From Eledone cirrhosa (Eukaryota): DNA of 64,000 nt. Within the stretch, counting starts at the first letter, position 1. Every line of letters begins with the position of its first letter. Below, piece by piece: positions 24,252-37,407 of the stretch. The DNA is taken from assembly GCA_964016885.1 (NCBI GenBank), contig OZ024743.1, positions 318,246,001 to 318,310,000 of the forward strand, read 5' to 3'. Under the pieces are notes generated by a model, which searched no databases, had not been told where the DNA came from, and was given only the letters and a program-made list of their open reading frames with translations. The translations under genes were made by a program, and so were the position numbers.

Positions 24252-24313
<62 letters not shown>

Positions 24314-24948
24314 GCCATACAATGTGACACAACCTAAAACCATATGTTTGCAGATGGAATTCCTTAACCACACAGCCATGTCAGTGCCTATAGTTCATTT
24401 CTTGATAAATTACTCACATAAACTGACATACATTCCTATAGAAATATTTTAGCCTTGAATCAATTTAGTTTTAAGATTCCATTACTCTAGTGTGCTTCTA
24501 AAGGAAACAATTCATTATTTAATAGAATGATGGTTTCTGATTTAGATACAAGGCCAACAATTTTTTTTTTACGGATGGGGAGACGATTAAATCAACATCA
24601 GTGTATTACTGATACTTTATTTTATCAACCCAGCAAGGATGAAAGGCAAAGCTAACTTTGGCGGGATTTGAACTCAGAACGTAAATTATTCAATATAATA
24701 GTTTCTGATTTAGGCAAGAGGCTAGCAATTTGTGGGGAAGAGAAAGTCAATTAAATCGACCCCATAAAGGATTTGAACTCAGAACGTAAAAGGCCATAAC
24801 TCTATGCTGCAAAGCATGGTGTCTGATGCTCTACCGATACTGCCAATCCATCGCCCTTTATAAATTATTCAATATAATAAATGTTTATCACTTATTAACC
24901 TTCTCTCTAGAATTGGAGATTATAAAATAAATCTCATTATTTTCAACA

Positions 24949-25496
24949 TCTATATATATATAAAATGAGGCTGTCTGTGTGTGTGTGTGAGTTTGAATCC
25001 CTAAAACTAGAGAAGCACCCAACCGACTGTTTTCAAACTTTACACATGTAATACTTATGTTTCATGGAGTGTTCTGAGCAAAAAAAATGTCAAATTTTCA
25101 ATGCCCTAGGGACCGCATTAGGCGATCTCTCTCTATAATTCTTAGTCTTTCTCATTTTAGATAGATACATACATATAACGTGGTGCCCTTATAATATCTG
25201 TCTGCATGTCTGACTGTCTGCATTACGTCACTTCCTACAATTCGCTCTGCGTCCAGAACGCGCCCTTATAATATCTGTCTGTATGACTGGCTGTCTGCTG
25301 CCTCCGGTTATTCTGCCACCCTTGCTCAAGACAAATCTCACACTCATTCCCCAAACAGTTGGTAAGTGCACACAACTTACGTACCACCAGACCCTTACTT
25401 CGTTGCCAGCCGTGGTTGTGGCAATACTAAGCTTAGCTAAGGTGGTTATATATTTCACAATACCTTATCCCGTGCAACGCCGGGTACCACTGCTAG
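24949..25496 (+). mobile_element. Non-autonomous Helitron
   Basis: A|TCTATATATATAAAA 5' end; CCCGTGCAACGCCGGG hairpin then CTAG|T. Confidence 0.92.
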
Positions 25497-25969
25497 TATA
25501 ATATAAAAAGAACATTTTTTCTTCTATTATTTAAACTAGCATATAACCATTATTTTATGGATAGAATAAAATATATTTGGTTTGTTCACCAAACATTAAC
25601 AAAACAATGTTTGTGGACTGTGTATATACATATATCATCATCCCCGTCATCACCATTTAACATCCATTTTTTCATGCTAGCATGGGTTAGACGAGTTGTA
25701 CAGATGCGAGCAAAGATAGAGTAGATGACTATCTCCAACTCACACTGGACCAATTTTGACTTGATTTCGATGTCTGGATGCCCTTCCTAATGCCAACCAC
25801 ATTTACTGTGTAGACTTGATGCTTTTTGTTGTGATACCTACATGACCACTTTACAATGTGCACTGGGCGGTTTTGTTGTGGCACCAGCAATGTTGACTGT
25901 GATGGGGGATGTGCATGGGGATTGGAAAAGTAGATCTAGGATGGAGCGCTTATATATATATATATATTA

Positions 25970-28900
25970 TAAAAATAACCTTCTCGTTAACTTCCCCATA
26001 TCCCTCCCCGCCGCCCCCCACTCGCAACCATTATTATATGGTCCAATCATAATTCAGTGGCTTATAATGTTTCCCTTACCAATCTCCTTCACAAAATCAC
26101 CGCCTCGGCTATCACTCCTTAAGTTTAAACCTGGTTGCTTTTTGATATGCTAGATGGACTATAGAATTCTGGAGAGTCTGAAGAATCTGGACACTCAATG
26201 ACAATGTCAAAGATAAAGATAAATTCACCTCCTGTTGCCAGACGAGAATGCAAGGACTCCTCTTTATTTCAGACACGGATGGCTAACATAACCCCATCTC
26301 CCTCATCCCTCGCTGCGCCTCCAACCCATCCCTTCCACCCACCAAACGAAATCCAAAACTTCAGGGTTGGTACCATGAATGTAGGCACTTTAAAAGGTCG
26401 CTCTAATGAGGATGTAGAGATGCTTGAATGTAAGGAAGTTGATGTTTGTTGTGTTCAAGAGACTAGGTGAAGGAGTGGGTCTGCTAGATTCATTGTGGGT
26501 AAAAAACAATGCTATAAACTTTTCTGGGTTGGGAAATGACAATGGGCTGGGTAGAGTAGGAATTATGTTAGCCGAAAAATGGGTAGATAAGGTAATTGAC
26601 GTAAATAGCGTGAACGACAGAATAATCAAAATAAGACTTGTCCTAAATAGAACTGCTGTGACAATAATATCCGCTTACACACCCCAATCTGGACTGCCTG
26701 GCGTTATAAAAGACAGGTTCTATGAGTTGCTAATGCTCACTACCTCCCAACTAACCGACAGTGACTACATAATTATTGCTGGCGACCTAAATGGTCATGT
26801 TGGACAACATTGTGACGGCTATGACGGAATCCACAGAGGCTATGGGTTTGGTACCAGAAATGAGGAAGGCTTCAGAATCATGGAATTCTGTGATGCTAAT
26901 AACCTAACTATCTGTAACAAACTTCAAAAAACGAGACAATCACTTGATCACCTATAGATCAGGGGAGCACGCCAGTCAGATAGATTATATCCTTACCAGA
27001 AGACGTGACAAAGTGTCTGCTGTAAACACTAAGTCCCTCCCTCATGAAGAATGCACCTCCCAACATAGCCTCATAGTTAGTGACCGCATAGTCAAGACGA
27101 GACGTACTCGACAACAGAGGAGGACTACCCTGAGAAGTTGAAGGACCCCACAGCCAGTAACAAATTTAAAAGCATATTACTTGATGCTTTTGACAGTAAG
27201 GAAGAGCAATTAGAGACGTACAGTATAGAGGAACAGTGGGAATTCCTGAAAGTTAACCTGTTGAAGGCGACAGATGAAATCTGTGGCTGGAGCAGACCTA
27301 TAGGCAGGAGGAGAGTAACATGGCGGTGGAATAGTAAGGTGGAGTCAATCGAGGCTAAAAAGCAAGCTTGGAAAGTATGGCGGGATGGGGGAAGTAGAGA
27401 ACACTATCAAGTGGCCAAGAGGGAAGCTAGGAGACAAGTGTACTTTGCAAGAAGGAAAGCAGAGGAAAGAAAGTTCAAGCATGTTCTACAACGCTAGACA
27501 ATGTGTCAAGGAAAACCGTGATATTGTTGGGGAGAAGTGTGTATGTAATGATGATGGTATACTTGCCATTACTGATGTTGATAAGAAGGTAGCTTGGAAG
27601 TGTCACTATGAGAGGCTACTAAATGAGGAGAATAAATGGGAAAGATAGTCTGCCCCAAATCGATCCAAATAGAGGGACCAGCAGTGCAAGTTGAAGGTAG
27701 TATAATAAGTAAGGCAATCAAAGATATGAAGACAGGCAAGGCAGCTGGGCATTCGGAGATAGTTACTGAGATGTTGAAGGCATCTGGAATGGTGGGACAT
27801 ACTATGGTCACCTGTATATTTAACCAAGTAATACAGAATGGGGTCATACCAAATGAATGGCGTAGCAACATCATGATTAACTGCTACAACTGCCCTAGAT
27901 AGGGGAAACTATAGAGGCATTAAATTAATTGACCAGGTCATGAAGGTCACTAAAAGAGTTATAGCGCAACTAATCAGAGAGCGAATTGATCTAGATGAAA
28001 TGAAATTTGGGTTTGTGTCAGGTAAAAGTACCACAGACACTCTTTTCCTTGTACGAGAACTGCAGGAGAAGTACCTAGCTAAAAGTAAACCCCTATACTT
28101 AGCTTTCGTTGACTTGGAGAAAAGCTTTGACAGAATCTCCCATTCCATTATCTGGTGGGCTCTTAGAAAACTAGGTGTTGATGAATGGCTTGTGAGAGCT
28201 ATACAAGCTATGTATAAAGAAACAGTCAGCAAGGTTAGAATTAACAACGAATATAGTGAAGAATTTAGTATAAAAGTTGGTGTTCATCAGCGCACTGTGC
28301 TTAGCCCCCTCCTATTTATTATTGTCCTTCAGGCTATAACAGAGGAGTTCAAGACCGGCTGCCCATGGGAACTTCTATATGCAGATGATCTAACGCTCAT
28401 AGCTGAATCAATGGCTAAACTCGAGAAGAAATTCCAAACATGGAAGCATGGCCTAGAATCAAAAGGCCTTAAGTTAACTTGTCTAAGACTAAAGTTCTAG
28501 TTTGTAGGAAGGAAAATAGGGCACTGGTCCCCTCTGGGAAATGGCCATGCTCAGTGTGTTGGAAAGGAGTAGGCAGAAACTCCATTTTATGTCCCAAATG
28601 CAAAGTATGGGTGCATAAAAGATGTAGTGGGATCACAGGTAAGTTAACTAAGAACACTTGACCCCAAACACCTTCCATACGACTCAAATGTGAGCTAGAA
28701 CACACGTTCTTCTCACATCACCCCTATTTCCTGTTAAACCAAGCACTGACTTGCACAGAACACTGGTATAGGAATGACAGATGTTATCAAGCTGCAGCTA
28801 ATATATTACATAATTTCTGTATAACAGAAATCATTATTATCTATAATTCAAGGAGCTGTTACCACTGTTGGCAACAAAAGGATTCTCCCAGAGAAAAGAG

Positions 28901-29300
28901 CAGATTATATGATATGATGTTTGCATTTAAACTGCTATGCTGTATGGCAGTGAAACATGGGCCCCTAAGGCAGAAGATCTGTGGAGGCTAAATGGAAACG
29001 AAGCGTGCATACTTCGCTGGATGTATATAAATGAGAGAGAACAAGTGAGGTGAGAGAAAAGCTTAATCTAAGAGGAATTGAATATGAGAAACAATTAAAC
29101 TGGTATACTCATTTAATGTGTACAGGTAATCAGAGCTGTATAAAATAGTGTGAACTGGTATGGTCATTTGACATGTAAGAGGAATGAGAGCTATATAAAG
29201 AAGTGTCAAGTACTCAAAGTGGATGGACCTGTTGATGAAGGAAATGTAGGAACAAAGTTGTGAATAATGATCTCAAGGAAATAAACTTCACTGTCTGGTG
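25970..29300 (+). mobile_element. Near full-length degenerate RTE LINE (endonuclease, RT, PHD)
   Basis: GTMNVGTLKG, VQETR, GDLNGHVG, QIDYIL, FVDLEKSFD, LLYADD, WPCSVC in fragmented ORFs. Confidence 0.93.
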
Positions 29301-29860
29301 ATGTGGTATAATACAAAAGACTTGTCCACCAGCATTGTTACAGAGATGAAAGTTGATATGCCATAATACAAAAGACCTGTCCACTAGTACCAGCTCTGCT
29401 ACAGAGAAAACACAGGACTGAGCTGATTGGTAACACATTATAATATAAAAGACCTATCCATTAGTACAAGCATTGATACAGAGATGACACAGTACTAAAC
29501 TGCCTAGTGATATGTCATAATACAAATCACCCTTCCACTAGTACCAGCTCTGTTACAAAGATGACACAGTACTGAATTGACTAGTGATATGCCATAATAC
29601 AAAATACCTGTCTACCAGACGATACAGGATTGAGCTGATTGGTGATAATACAAAAGAACTGTCCACCAGTACCAGTACTGTTACAGAGATGACAAAGGAC
29701 TGAGCTGTCTGGTGATATGTTATAATACAAAAGACCTGTCCATTAGTACACGCTTTGCAACAGAGAACTGAACTGACTGGTGATATACCATAATTCAAAA
29801 GACCTGCCCACTAGTACCAGGTACTGCTTCAGAGATGACACAGGACTGAACTGACTGGCT
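29296..29860. repeat. Degenerate ~60-75-bp tandem repeat
   Basis: Recurring ATAATACAAAAGACCTGTCCA.TAGTAC...ACAGAGATGACA, ~8 copies. Confidence 0.9.
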
Positions 29861-30330
29861 TTAACATGTTTTCTGAGTTTCATTATTCCTAAGTTCTTAC
29901 TGTAAATAAATGTCATTTAAGCTTTGACCTTAGAGTAGAAAGCTATGACAACCATATGACTTGGTATGTGGGTTATTTGGCAGAATATTATTACTAAACA
30001 TCTAAGTATGGTTGCTATTTGTTAATTACTAATTTCTCATTGTTTATTCTGTGTTTCTTGCTAATGTCATCTGTAAATTAATAAATTGGAATAATTCTAA
30101 AGTTGGGAAAATTTGTGCCAGTGCATTTTTCTATATGTCAATTCAGTGTAATATTTCTTGTATTTATATCTTGGATTTGTTGTTAGAGGAGTTATGTTTT
30201 CATGGACTATTGACAGTTATCCCAATGTAATTTGCTTCACATCTGCAGCATGTTAAAACATTGATGAAATTATCAGCTGAACATATGAACTTTTGCAAAC
30301 ATGGAAGCATTTGCCTGTGACATAACTCAC

Positions 30331-30426
30331 AATTGAGTAAACATCTGATGATGTCACATCAGTGCTGGTTGCTGTTGTAATGATTGCATAACAGCTCCAC
30401 ACTGGTGTCACTGATATACATATTAT
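30331..30426 (-). CDS. Candidate upstream ORF part 2 (IICISVTPVWSCYAIITTATSTDVTSSDVYSI)
   Basis: tttattag|ATA...ATT|gtgagt, 96 nt, open in phase 0, unique sequence. Confidence 0.5.
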
Positions 30427-30504
30427 CTAATAAATACAATTATGTAAAATCTGTCAATGTTTATTTCGTACATACATATATAATTGGTGTATGTGTAAAT
30501 ATTT

Positions 30505-31080
30505 ATATTTAATAATCTCCCATAACGTTGAGATAAAAATTTGGGTGGTATTGGGCTGCGCTTTCTAGCAACCAACCCACTTGCCATAAGCAACCAATCA
30601 CACCCTTCCTGACTTGACCACTGCCACGTCACAGTTCTCAACCATTTTGAATTCGTGTTTGGCGGGGGCCACTTCGGAAAATAATATGTCCTAGCGAGTT
30701 TATCCCCTGAAGAGCTCCAAACTCGAGTATGAACCTTAATAAGGTATCTCAAAAGTGAGCGAAACCCTAGGGTCGGGATTTAGTGATTTAATCCTGGTAT
30801 GTATATAAGCATTTCTAACATTAATGTTTACCTAATTATGTATGGTTGACCATATATTTAATTAATTTCCACGTGCTATTGAAATGTTGGGTAAATATTC
30901 TATAGCGGTTGGATGCGAAGACGCTGCTGTGGCGTATTTATTTACTGTTTCTTCATAGGTGCCTTTTATTCTTATAGCCTGGTCTAATTGATTTTTTGTG
31001 TGGTTAATTATGCTGATTGGGAGTAGAGATGATGTATATATATTATCAAATAATTCTCTGGACATGCTTTACTCTATAAT
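30505..31080 (+). mobile_element. Solo Penelope-like pLTR / retrozyme unit
   Basis: CCAAT and CACGTCA motifs, hammerhead, donor-like CTG|GTATGT, ends in (TA)n; boundaries approximate. Confidence 0.65.
30702..30779 (+). ncRNA. Type I hammerhead ribozyme, canonical
   Basis: ATCCC-CTGAAGA-GCTC...GAGC-GAAACCCTAGGGTC-GGGAT: stem I ATCCC/GGGAT, stem II GCTC/GAGC, palindromic stem III, GUC site. Confidence 0.92.
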
Positions 31081-31093
31081 ATATATATATATA

Positions 31094-31638
31094 CTGTATA
31101 TACTCATGTAAAAGTCAAATTTTTTAGACCAATTTTTAAGGTTAAATTTCTGGGGTCAACTATTACATAGATACTACTTGAAATTCAAGCTAGAATCCAA
31201 AGTACTATAACAGTAGCAGAAGCCCAAAAGATCTCTAAACGAATAAAAACAAAAACAATGAATTACAGTAATATTATCGATACGTATAAAAACACATGTC
31301 CTAGTACATAAAATCCATAAACAAGGCTATGTAGCTCTTATATTTATTTACACTAACTTTTACTTGTATCCATCAAACTTTTGGCATACATTTGGGTAAT
31401 TTTTTAGTTTCAGACATGTATTTTCAATAATATAAATTTGCCTTAAATTCTTGATGACTTTGTGACAGTGTTATTTCTATGTACAGGATGATACCTTAAC
31501 CCACAAATGTTGACCTGTCATCGGTGAAATACTAGAATCGACTTTTATATGAGGTCTGTGGAAAATTCCAGATTTTCTTTTACCAAAAACAGGGGGTCGG
31601 CTTTTACATGGGATCGACCATTACTTGAGTATATACAG
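31094..31638. mobile_element. pogo/Tigger-like MITE (partial SINE-interrupted relative at ~7225-7880)
   Basis: TA|CTGTATATACTCATGTAA...TTACTTGAGTATATACAG. Confidence 0.75.
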
Positions 31639-33350
31639 CATGTATATATACACACAGAGATAGAGAATGCTGATTTCTGGTATGAATAAAAGCATTTTAG
31701 AACATTTAAAACATTTTCCCCATCCCCCACTTTGTGTCTTATACTTGTGTTTCATAATTTTTAAATAAGAATTGACAGATTGTACCATTTCACAGACAGA
31801 GAAAAAAAACCTATACTATTACAATATTGATTAACTACATCACACTACCACTATAGTTGTTACCCATTCTATCTTGACATCAGACCCACCACTCACAACC
31901 TCTTATCCAATAAGAGAATTTTCATGAGGTCACTCAACCTGCCAGAAATAAGCAGTTTAATCTCCCAAAACCTTTTTGATTGTAAACTGCCCCTGTTTCT
32001 ACAAAACAAAACTGTTTATTTTAAAGTGTTTTTATTTATCTAAAAATCTTCCAAGAACCTTTGTTAAGTTATGTTCCAAACACCAGATAAATAACGCAAA
32101 AAGTTAGTTATATTACTAAGTCCTCTAAATTCTAATTATTTCAAAGCCATAAGTTGTGTCTTTCATTAGAAATATGATAGCAAAAGGGTTAAGTCACACA
32201 CTTCGACATAAGACACTCAAGATAATGTAGTCCTAGCAATACTCCTTCAAATAATTTTAAAAAAAGTTTTAAAAAAGACAGGATGGCCAGGGTTGAAATG
32301 CTTTTGATCATAGGCCTGGGGCTAAATAACAACAAACTTTAGCTATTAATCTGCTTAAACTGTACAACATAAACCACAACCACATTAAAAACCTTGCAAC
32401 ACAATAGCTTTGTGCATGCACAACACACACAGAGTAGATATCCACACACAGAGAAGATAGCCACACATGGAATACATACACATACAGAGTAGATATACAC
32501 ACACGTGGAGTAGATATCCACACATTCAGAAAAATCAATATATTTAGCCCTTTTGTTACCAAACCCCCTCTGAAACTGCTCTTGGTTCTAGGTTACAATA
32601 CTGAATTGCAAAGGATGATAGGAATAGAGCTAGTGGTAAATGTTTAAAAGAGAAAAAGAATGAGATGGATGGTTCGGGTGTTGAGAAAGGATGACTGGGA
32701 TTATGTGATAGGAGTGATGGAAATGAATGTGGAAGAAAGTAGAGGAAGGAGAAGACCAAGAACAAAAGATAGGAGCTGATTGCCAGATCGTAGCAAGGAA
32801 ACTATGTCTCAGTATTTCTATTGCTGATACAATCTGCTGTTTTCAATCCTGGCAGAAAAAAGGAGCAGGTTGTCTGATCACACCAAGAAATTACGATTCT
32901 ATTGGTCTTTCCATTGCTTATATCAATAAGCTGGTCACACTCCTGGAAGGAGGCAACAGGGTTTTAACTCAGAACTTACAGAGCCAGATCAGATACCACA
33001 AACCATCTTCACCAACTCTGAGTATTCTACCAAGCCACCATTCCTGGACTGATACTTTATTCATTGACTATAAAAGGATGAAAGACAAAGTTATCAACAG
33101 CAGGATTGGGACTAAAAGCACAGAGAACTACTGACACTCTAACGACTCTACCAATTCATTACCAAAAAAGACATAGCTAAAGATGATGGAGGAGCCATTG
33201 AAAGCTAAAAGGTTGGTATGCAGTTGATAAAGCAAAATAGAGAAACTTGCCATACTCTGCATGGCTAACCTTTGCTTTAACAGGGTAAATGGCCTTAAAA
33301 ATCTAATATGTTGTATGTACTGTCATACTTGAAATGACACACCCCTAACA

Positions 33351-33537
33351 TAATTGTTTCTACTTTAGGCACAAGGCCAGCAATTACTCAGTGCATTACT
33401 GGTACTTTATTTTATCGACCCCGTAAGGTGAAAGGCAAAGTCAACCTCGGCAGGATTTGAACTCAGATTGTAAAGGGACGTAACTATGCTGGAAAGCATG
33501 GCGTCCGACCCTCTACCGATACTGCCAATCCACCGCT
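33351..33537 (-). mobile_element. Abundant tRNA-derived SINE with Nin/Deu-like domain (representative; others near 3735, 7400, 7625, 8200, 24530, 24700, 37640, 48095, 48580, 48980, 50385, 53350, 55400, 57050)
   Basis: TGGCAGTATCGG A box, GAGTTCAAATCC B box, GACTTTGCCTTTCATCC..GGGGTCGATAAAAT, tail TTGTGCCTAAAGTAGAAACAATTAT. Confidence 0.88.
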
Positions 33538-33890
33538 AACATAATATTGTCAAGTCATGCACACACAAGGACACAGGTTTGACATACTATTCAAACAAGC
33601 ACTACATTCCATAATCATACAAAAGCATAGTAACATATATACTGTTCTAAACCTGGGTCCTACTTAATGTATAAGTTACCTTCATGCTATAGATTAGTTA
33701 CAGTTGATTGGAGATATGCAACACTTTACACTTAGTGAAAACTAAACATACAGCTATATTAAAAAAATGTGAAAGAATTTAATAAAATAACTGTCTCATT
33801 AGTAAGCTGGTGTTGTTTGGAACATGACTTAACAAAAATGTCTTAAATAAGAAGTTACATTCTTAGCAAGTATAATGACAGGTAAGTAAG

Positions 33891-34075
33891 TTTTGAAACA
33901 GCGAGTGAGTTTGAAATTAGAAATAGAAACTTTTGCCATGTTTTTGGTACGTCAATACTCATCTTTTTCCATTTCTTTGAGGGTTCTAAACCCCACTATC
34001 AGGCTAAAATTTCTTTAGTTAAAAACCCGACGAAAGCTTCTATTTCTATTTTCAAACTCGCTTGCAGTTTCAAAA
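33891..34075. mobile_element. MITE-like element with ~55-bp imperfect inverted ends
   Basis: TTTTGAAACAGCGAGTGAGTTTGAAATTAGAAATAGAA / TTCTATTTCTATTTTCAAACTCGCTTGCAGTTTCAAAA. Confidence 0.7.
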
Positions 34076-35592
34076 TCTGTCTTAAATAAAATTATGATAT
34101 AAATATGAATATTTTAGAATGGGCAATTTTCTATCATAGAACCAGAGTGGTTTAACCTTTTAGTGTTCAAACCGGCCAGAATTCTCTTCCTCTTTCTGTT
34201 AACACTGGCTGTAACTGGTCGCTCAAACTGATGTTAAGGTATTGTTCTCAAAATAAATACTTTAAAAATCTCATAGATTCGATATTATGTGAGGTAAAAG
34301 CCTTTACCATGAAAATATAATAGTGCATATAAAATAATGTGAATGTTAAAGGGTTAAAGCAAGGTGGTATCAAAAAAGTACAGAAGTATCAGAAACCCCA
34401 TTTATTTAAATAATTTTTTCCACAGACCCTAAACTTTTGAAACATCTGTCTACTCAACAAACTTGTGGATCCCCAAGACAACCTTTGCAGACCAGCAGGG
34501 ATAGTGGGCCCATGGCCCACATGTATGACCCACTGTTCTAGCCTTAAATAAGAACTCTACAATGAAAACAGGTCCATCCAAAAAGGAACATGTCCACAGA
34601 TAGTTTTAAACTGATTTAGAATAAGTATACCATATCCGATATTGTGCATTGTAAAAGGCGACTAAAAGGGTTAGTGTTAGGAAGGGCATTCAGCTGTAAA
34701 ACATTGCCTCAAAAAGGCCCCATGATAAGTATGAAGCCTATTACTGGGTCTTCAAGGCTAATCCCTGCTTTAGCAATGTAAATGGCCTTAAAACACTTCC
34801 TCTTGTATAATAAGAATAATAAAATACCATAAAAATATAAGTCGGTGAAATAACTCATCAGCATAATAAGGAATAAAATTATAATTAAATTAAACTAAGG
34901 CCACAGCGATGCATAATACTGTTGTGTGAGCCAGAGCCAATGAATCTCTTTCTGGGCAAGGCAGTATATAGTTGTAGGTAATATCTCAGAGCAACATAGT
35001 GTGTCCAGTTCAGTGACACAACTCAATAAATATAGATCACTAGAGACTTCGTAGTCATGAAATGACCAGAAGGAACTGAATGAATCTTGTGAAGGAGATG
35101 ACACAGGATCATTCTGACTAGCAACTTGCCACACTAAAAATGACCTGCCTGCCAATACTAGCACTATGAAGCTAAAAGTAAATGAAGTGAGAGGTCGTAA
35201 ACCACCTGGAACAGAGGTGTCTTTTAGGCTACAGGAGGTTAAGTCAAACTCTACAGTGTTGGCCTCACAATGGAACACAATACTCCAGTCTCTGTAAAGT
35301 AGTGGACAAACTGACTGAAAGAAAATAGGGTAGAGAGGCCCTTTTAGTCCTATCGAGAACTAAACAACCTCTCTAGTGAGTGCTGGTGCCATGATAAAAT
35401 ACATATGAACCCACATTCTACAGTATACTGGGTGCATTTTATCATGGCACCAACACTAGGGAAGTTGTCATGTCTTTGATAAGACTGAAGAGTAGATAAC
35501 AACATGTGGGTTATTGAAAATTTGTAATTATTAAGATTGAGAGATATGGTCATCCTGTTTTGTTGCAGTGGTTACAGCTCACACTAATGCAC

Positions 35593-35610
35593 CTTTAACA
35601 GGCCTCTCAT
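35593..35610 (-). CDS. Candidate upstream ORF part 1 (MRGLLK) in leader exon 35593-35668
   Basis: taatag|AAC...ATG AGA GGC CTG TTA AAG|gtgcat; donor is only moderate. Confidence 0.4.
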
Positions 35611-37407
35611 CAGGTTGATTTAACTCTTCAAGTGATTTAATTCTTCTAATACCTAACTTCCCCTGGTTCTATTATAATTTTGAAAGAACCTTTAAGTTAT
35701 GTACCAAATAGTTTAATAATGAGAAAGTTAGTTATATTAGTAGTAACACTAAATCGCTCCGAATTCTTGATTATTTTCAAAATTATTTGAAAATCAGACA
35801 GAAATATGTTAACGAATGAGTTAATGATGTGGAGACTGATACCTATCATGCTTAGAGAATTTTTACAAGAGCCATTTTGGATAATACAACATTCCTTTTT
35901 GAAGCCACTTGATGATACCGGTTGATAACGTAACTGATTCAGGCAGGGTGGCGATGTGGTTAAAAGGTTCGCCTTGCAATCATGAGATTCTGAGTTGAAG
36001 CCCACTGAATTGTATTTTGGGCAAATATCTTTACCATAGCCTCAGGTCGACAAAGGCATTGGAATTGATCTAGAGTGGGATGGGAACGGTGTAGAAGACC
36101 ATCGGATGATCAGCACTTGTAAATTCAAATGTTCAGCGTTTCTACAATGTGTCACGCTGCCTGTGGAATACTCAACCACTTACGTTAATTCACGAGCTTG
36201 ACGGTTGGTTAGTTGATCGAAGAACTAGTACACTCATTATTGAAATCGACAGAGGATCCATCATTATCATCACTGTAATAGAACTAACATGCGTTTACAT
36301 CCATACAACAACTGAGTTGTTTATTTACTTTTTTCTTCTGATGCAAACACAACGTTCGATGAATCAATAACCATTATTTCACTGCCCACATTTCTACAAG
36401 AAAAAGGAACACTTTATAGTGTTCTAGCGTTCCCATGAACGAGCGCCTGTTTCAGAAAGGACATATTTTTCTAATTTACTTTCGTTTCCTACATCCCTCA
36501 AGTAGATCGTCTGACAATAGAATTTCCGATACAATTTTTTCTTTAGATAAATATCTTTATCTCGCTTTACTGAGTCTTAGTCTAAATATTTTACTTCAAG
36601 AAAATTGAAATATATATTTTTTTAATATGAACATCATTAATTTAAAATCTAACCATAATCTAGTTGGAGAGTTTATTGACTACATAGATCGATAAGTGTG
36701 AAATAGTGAGCGAGACGATAAGTGATTGTTGTGTTGTGATTAAAGTTTTGTTTATTTTAAAACATTACCCTTTTTTTTTCTTTCGGGTGCTTATATACAT
36801 TTAAAAACAAATCAGGAAGTATTTAGGTGTTGGATGAATGGCTTAACAGATATGTGTTTGTTTCTTCCTGTGTATCATCACCAATTATAACACAGAAAAA
36901 CAAAACAAAGGTATTATTAATAGAAATTAAAAGCCGGAAGTTACAAAAACTAATATGTTTATTTCTAGTTTTTTTTTCCAGAATCAACGACAAATTAACA
37001 AACAATCATCGGTAGAAGTTACATTATCTAATGTTATTTATCAACGATTATAACAACTTTTTTGTGAACATCGAAGAAAAGAAAATAATGAATACAAAGA
37101 CTTCCTCTTATAAAATATTTTCTCCTATCTAACTTTTTTTTTACTTTGTCAAAGAACTTTCTAAGTGTTTATATTAATATTTAATAAAGTGAAACAATGC
37201 TACAGAAATTACCTTCTATAACCTATCACATTTATCTTTATTATTATTTTTTTTTTACGAAGTGCACGTTTAGAAACCAAAATACATAGATTACACACGG
37301 ACAGTGTTGCAATATATTCTTTTAAAAAATCTATTCTTGGATAAATACTGATTAGAAAAAAATATTCTTCGTGTAGATTATTTCAATAATGATATATGAA
37401 TACATAC

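Larger units (their letters stand above)
23526..24254. mobile_element. Fold-back Penelope-like pLTR pair between (TA)n tracts
   Basis: Arms 23526-23838 and 23847-24160, 8-nt spacer, few mismatches; right arm extends ~95 nt further. Confidence 0.85.

Noticed and set aside
30346-30414. C/D-box snoRNA-like TGATGA...CTGA
   Set aside because: No convincing terminal stem or recognisable guide, antisense to the likely host, and overlapping the candidate exon.
34895-35278. 127-aa ORF near the leader exon
   Set aside because: No recognisable homology or clear splice signals; adjoins a degraded RTE UTR module, so likely TE-derived.
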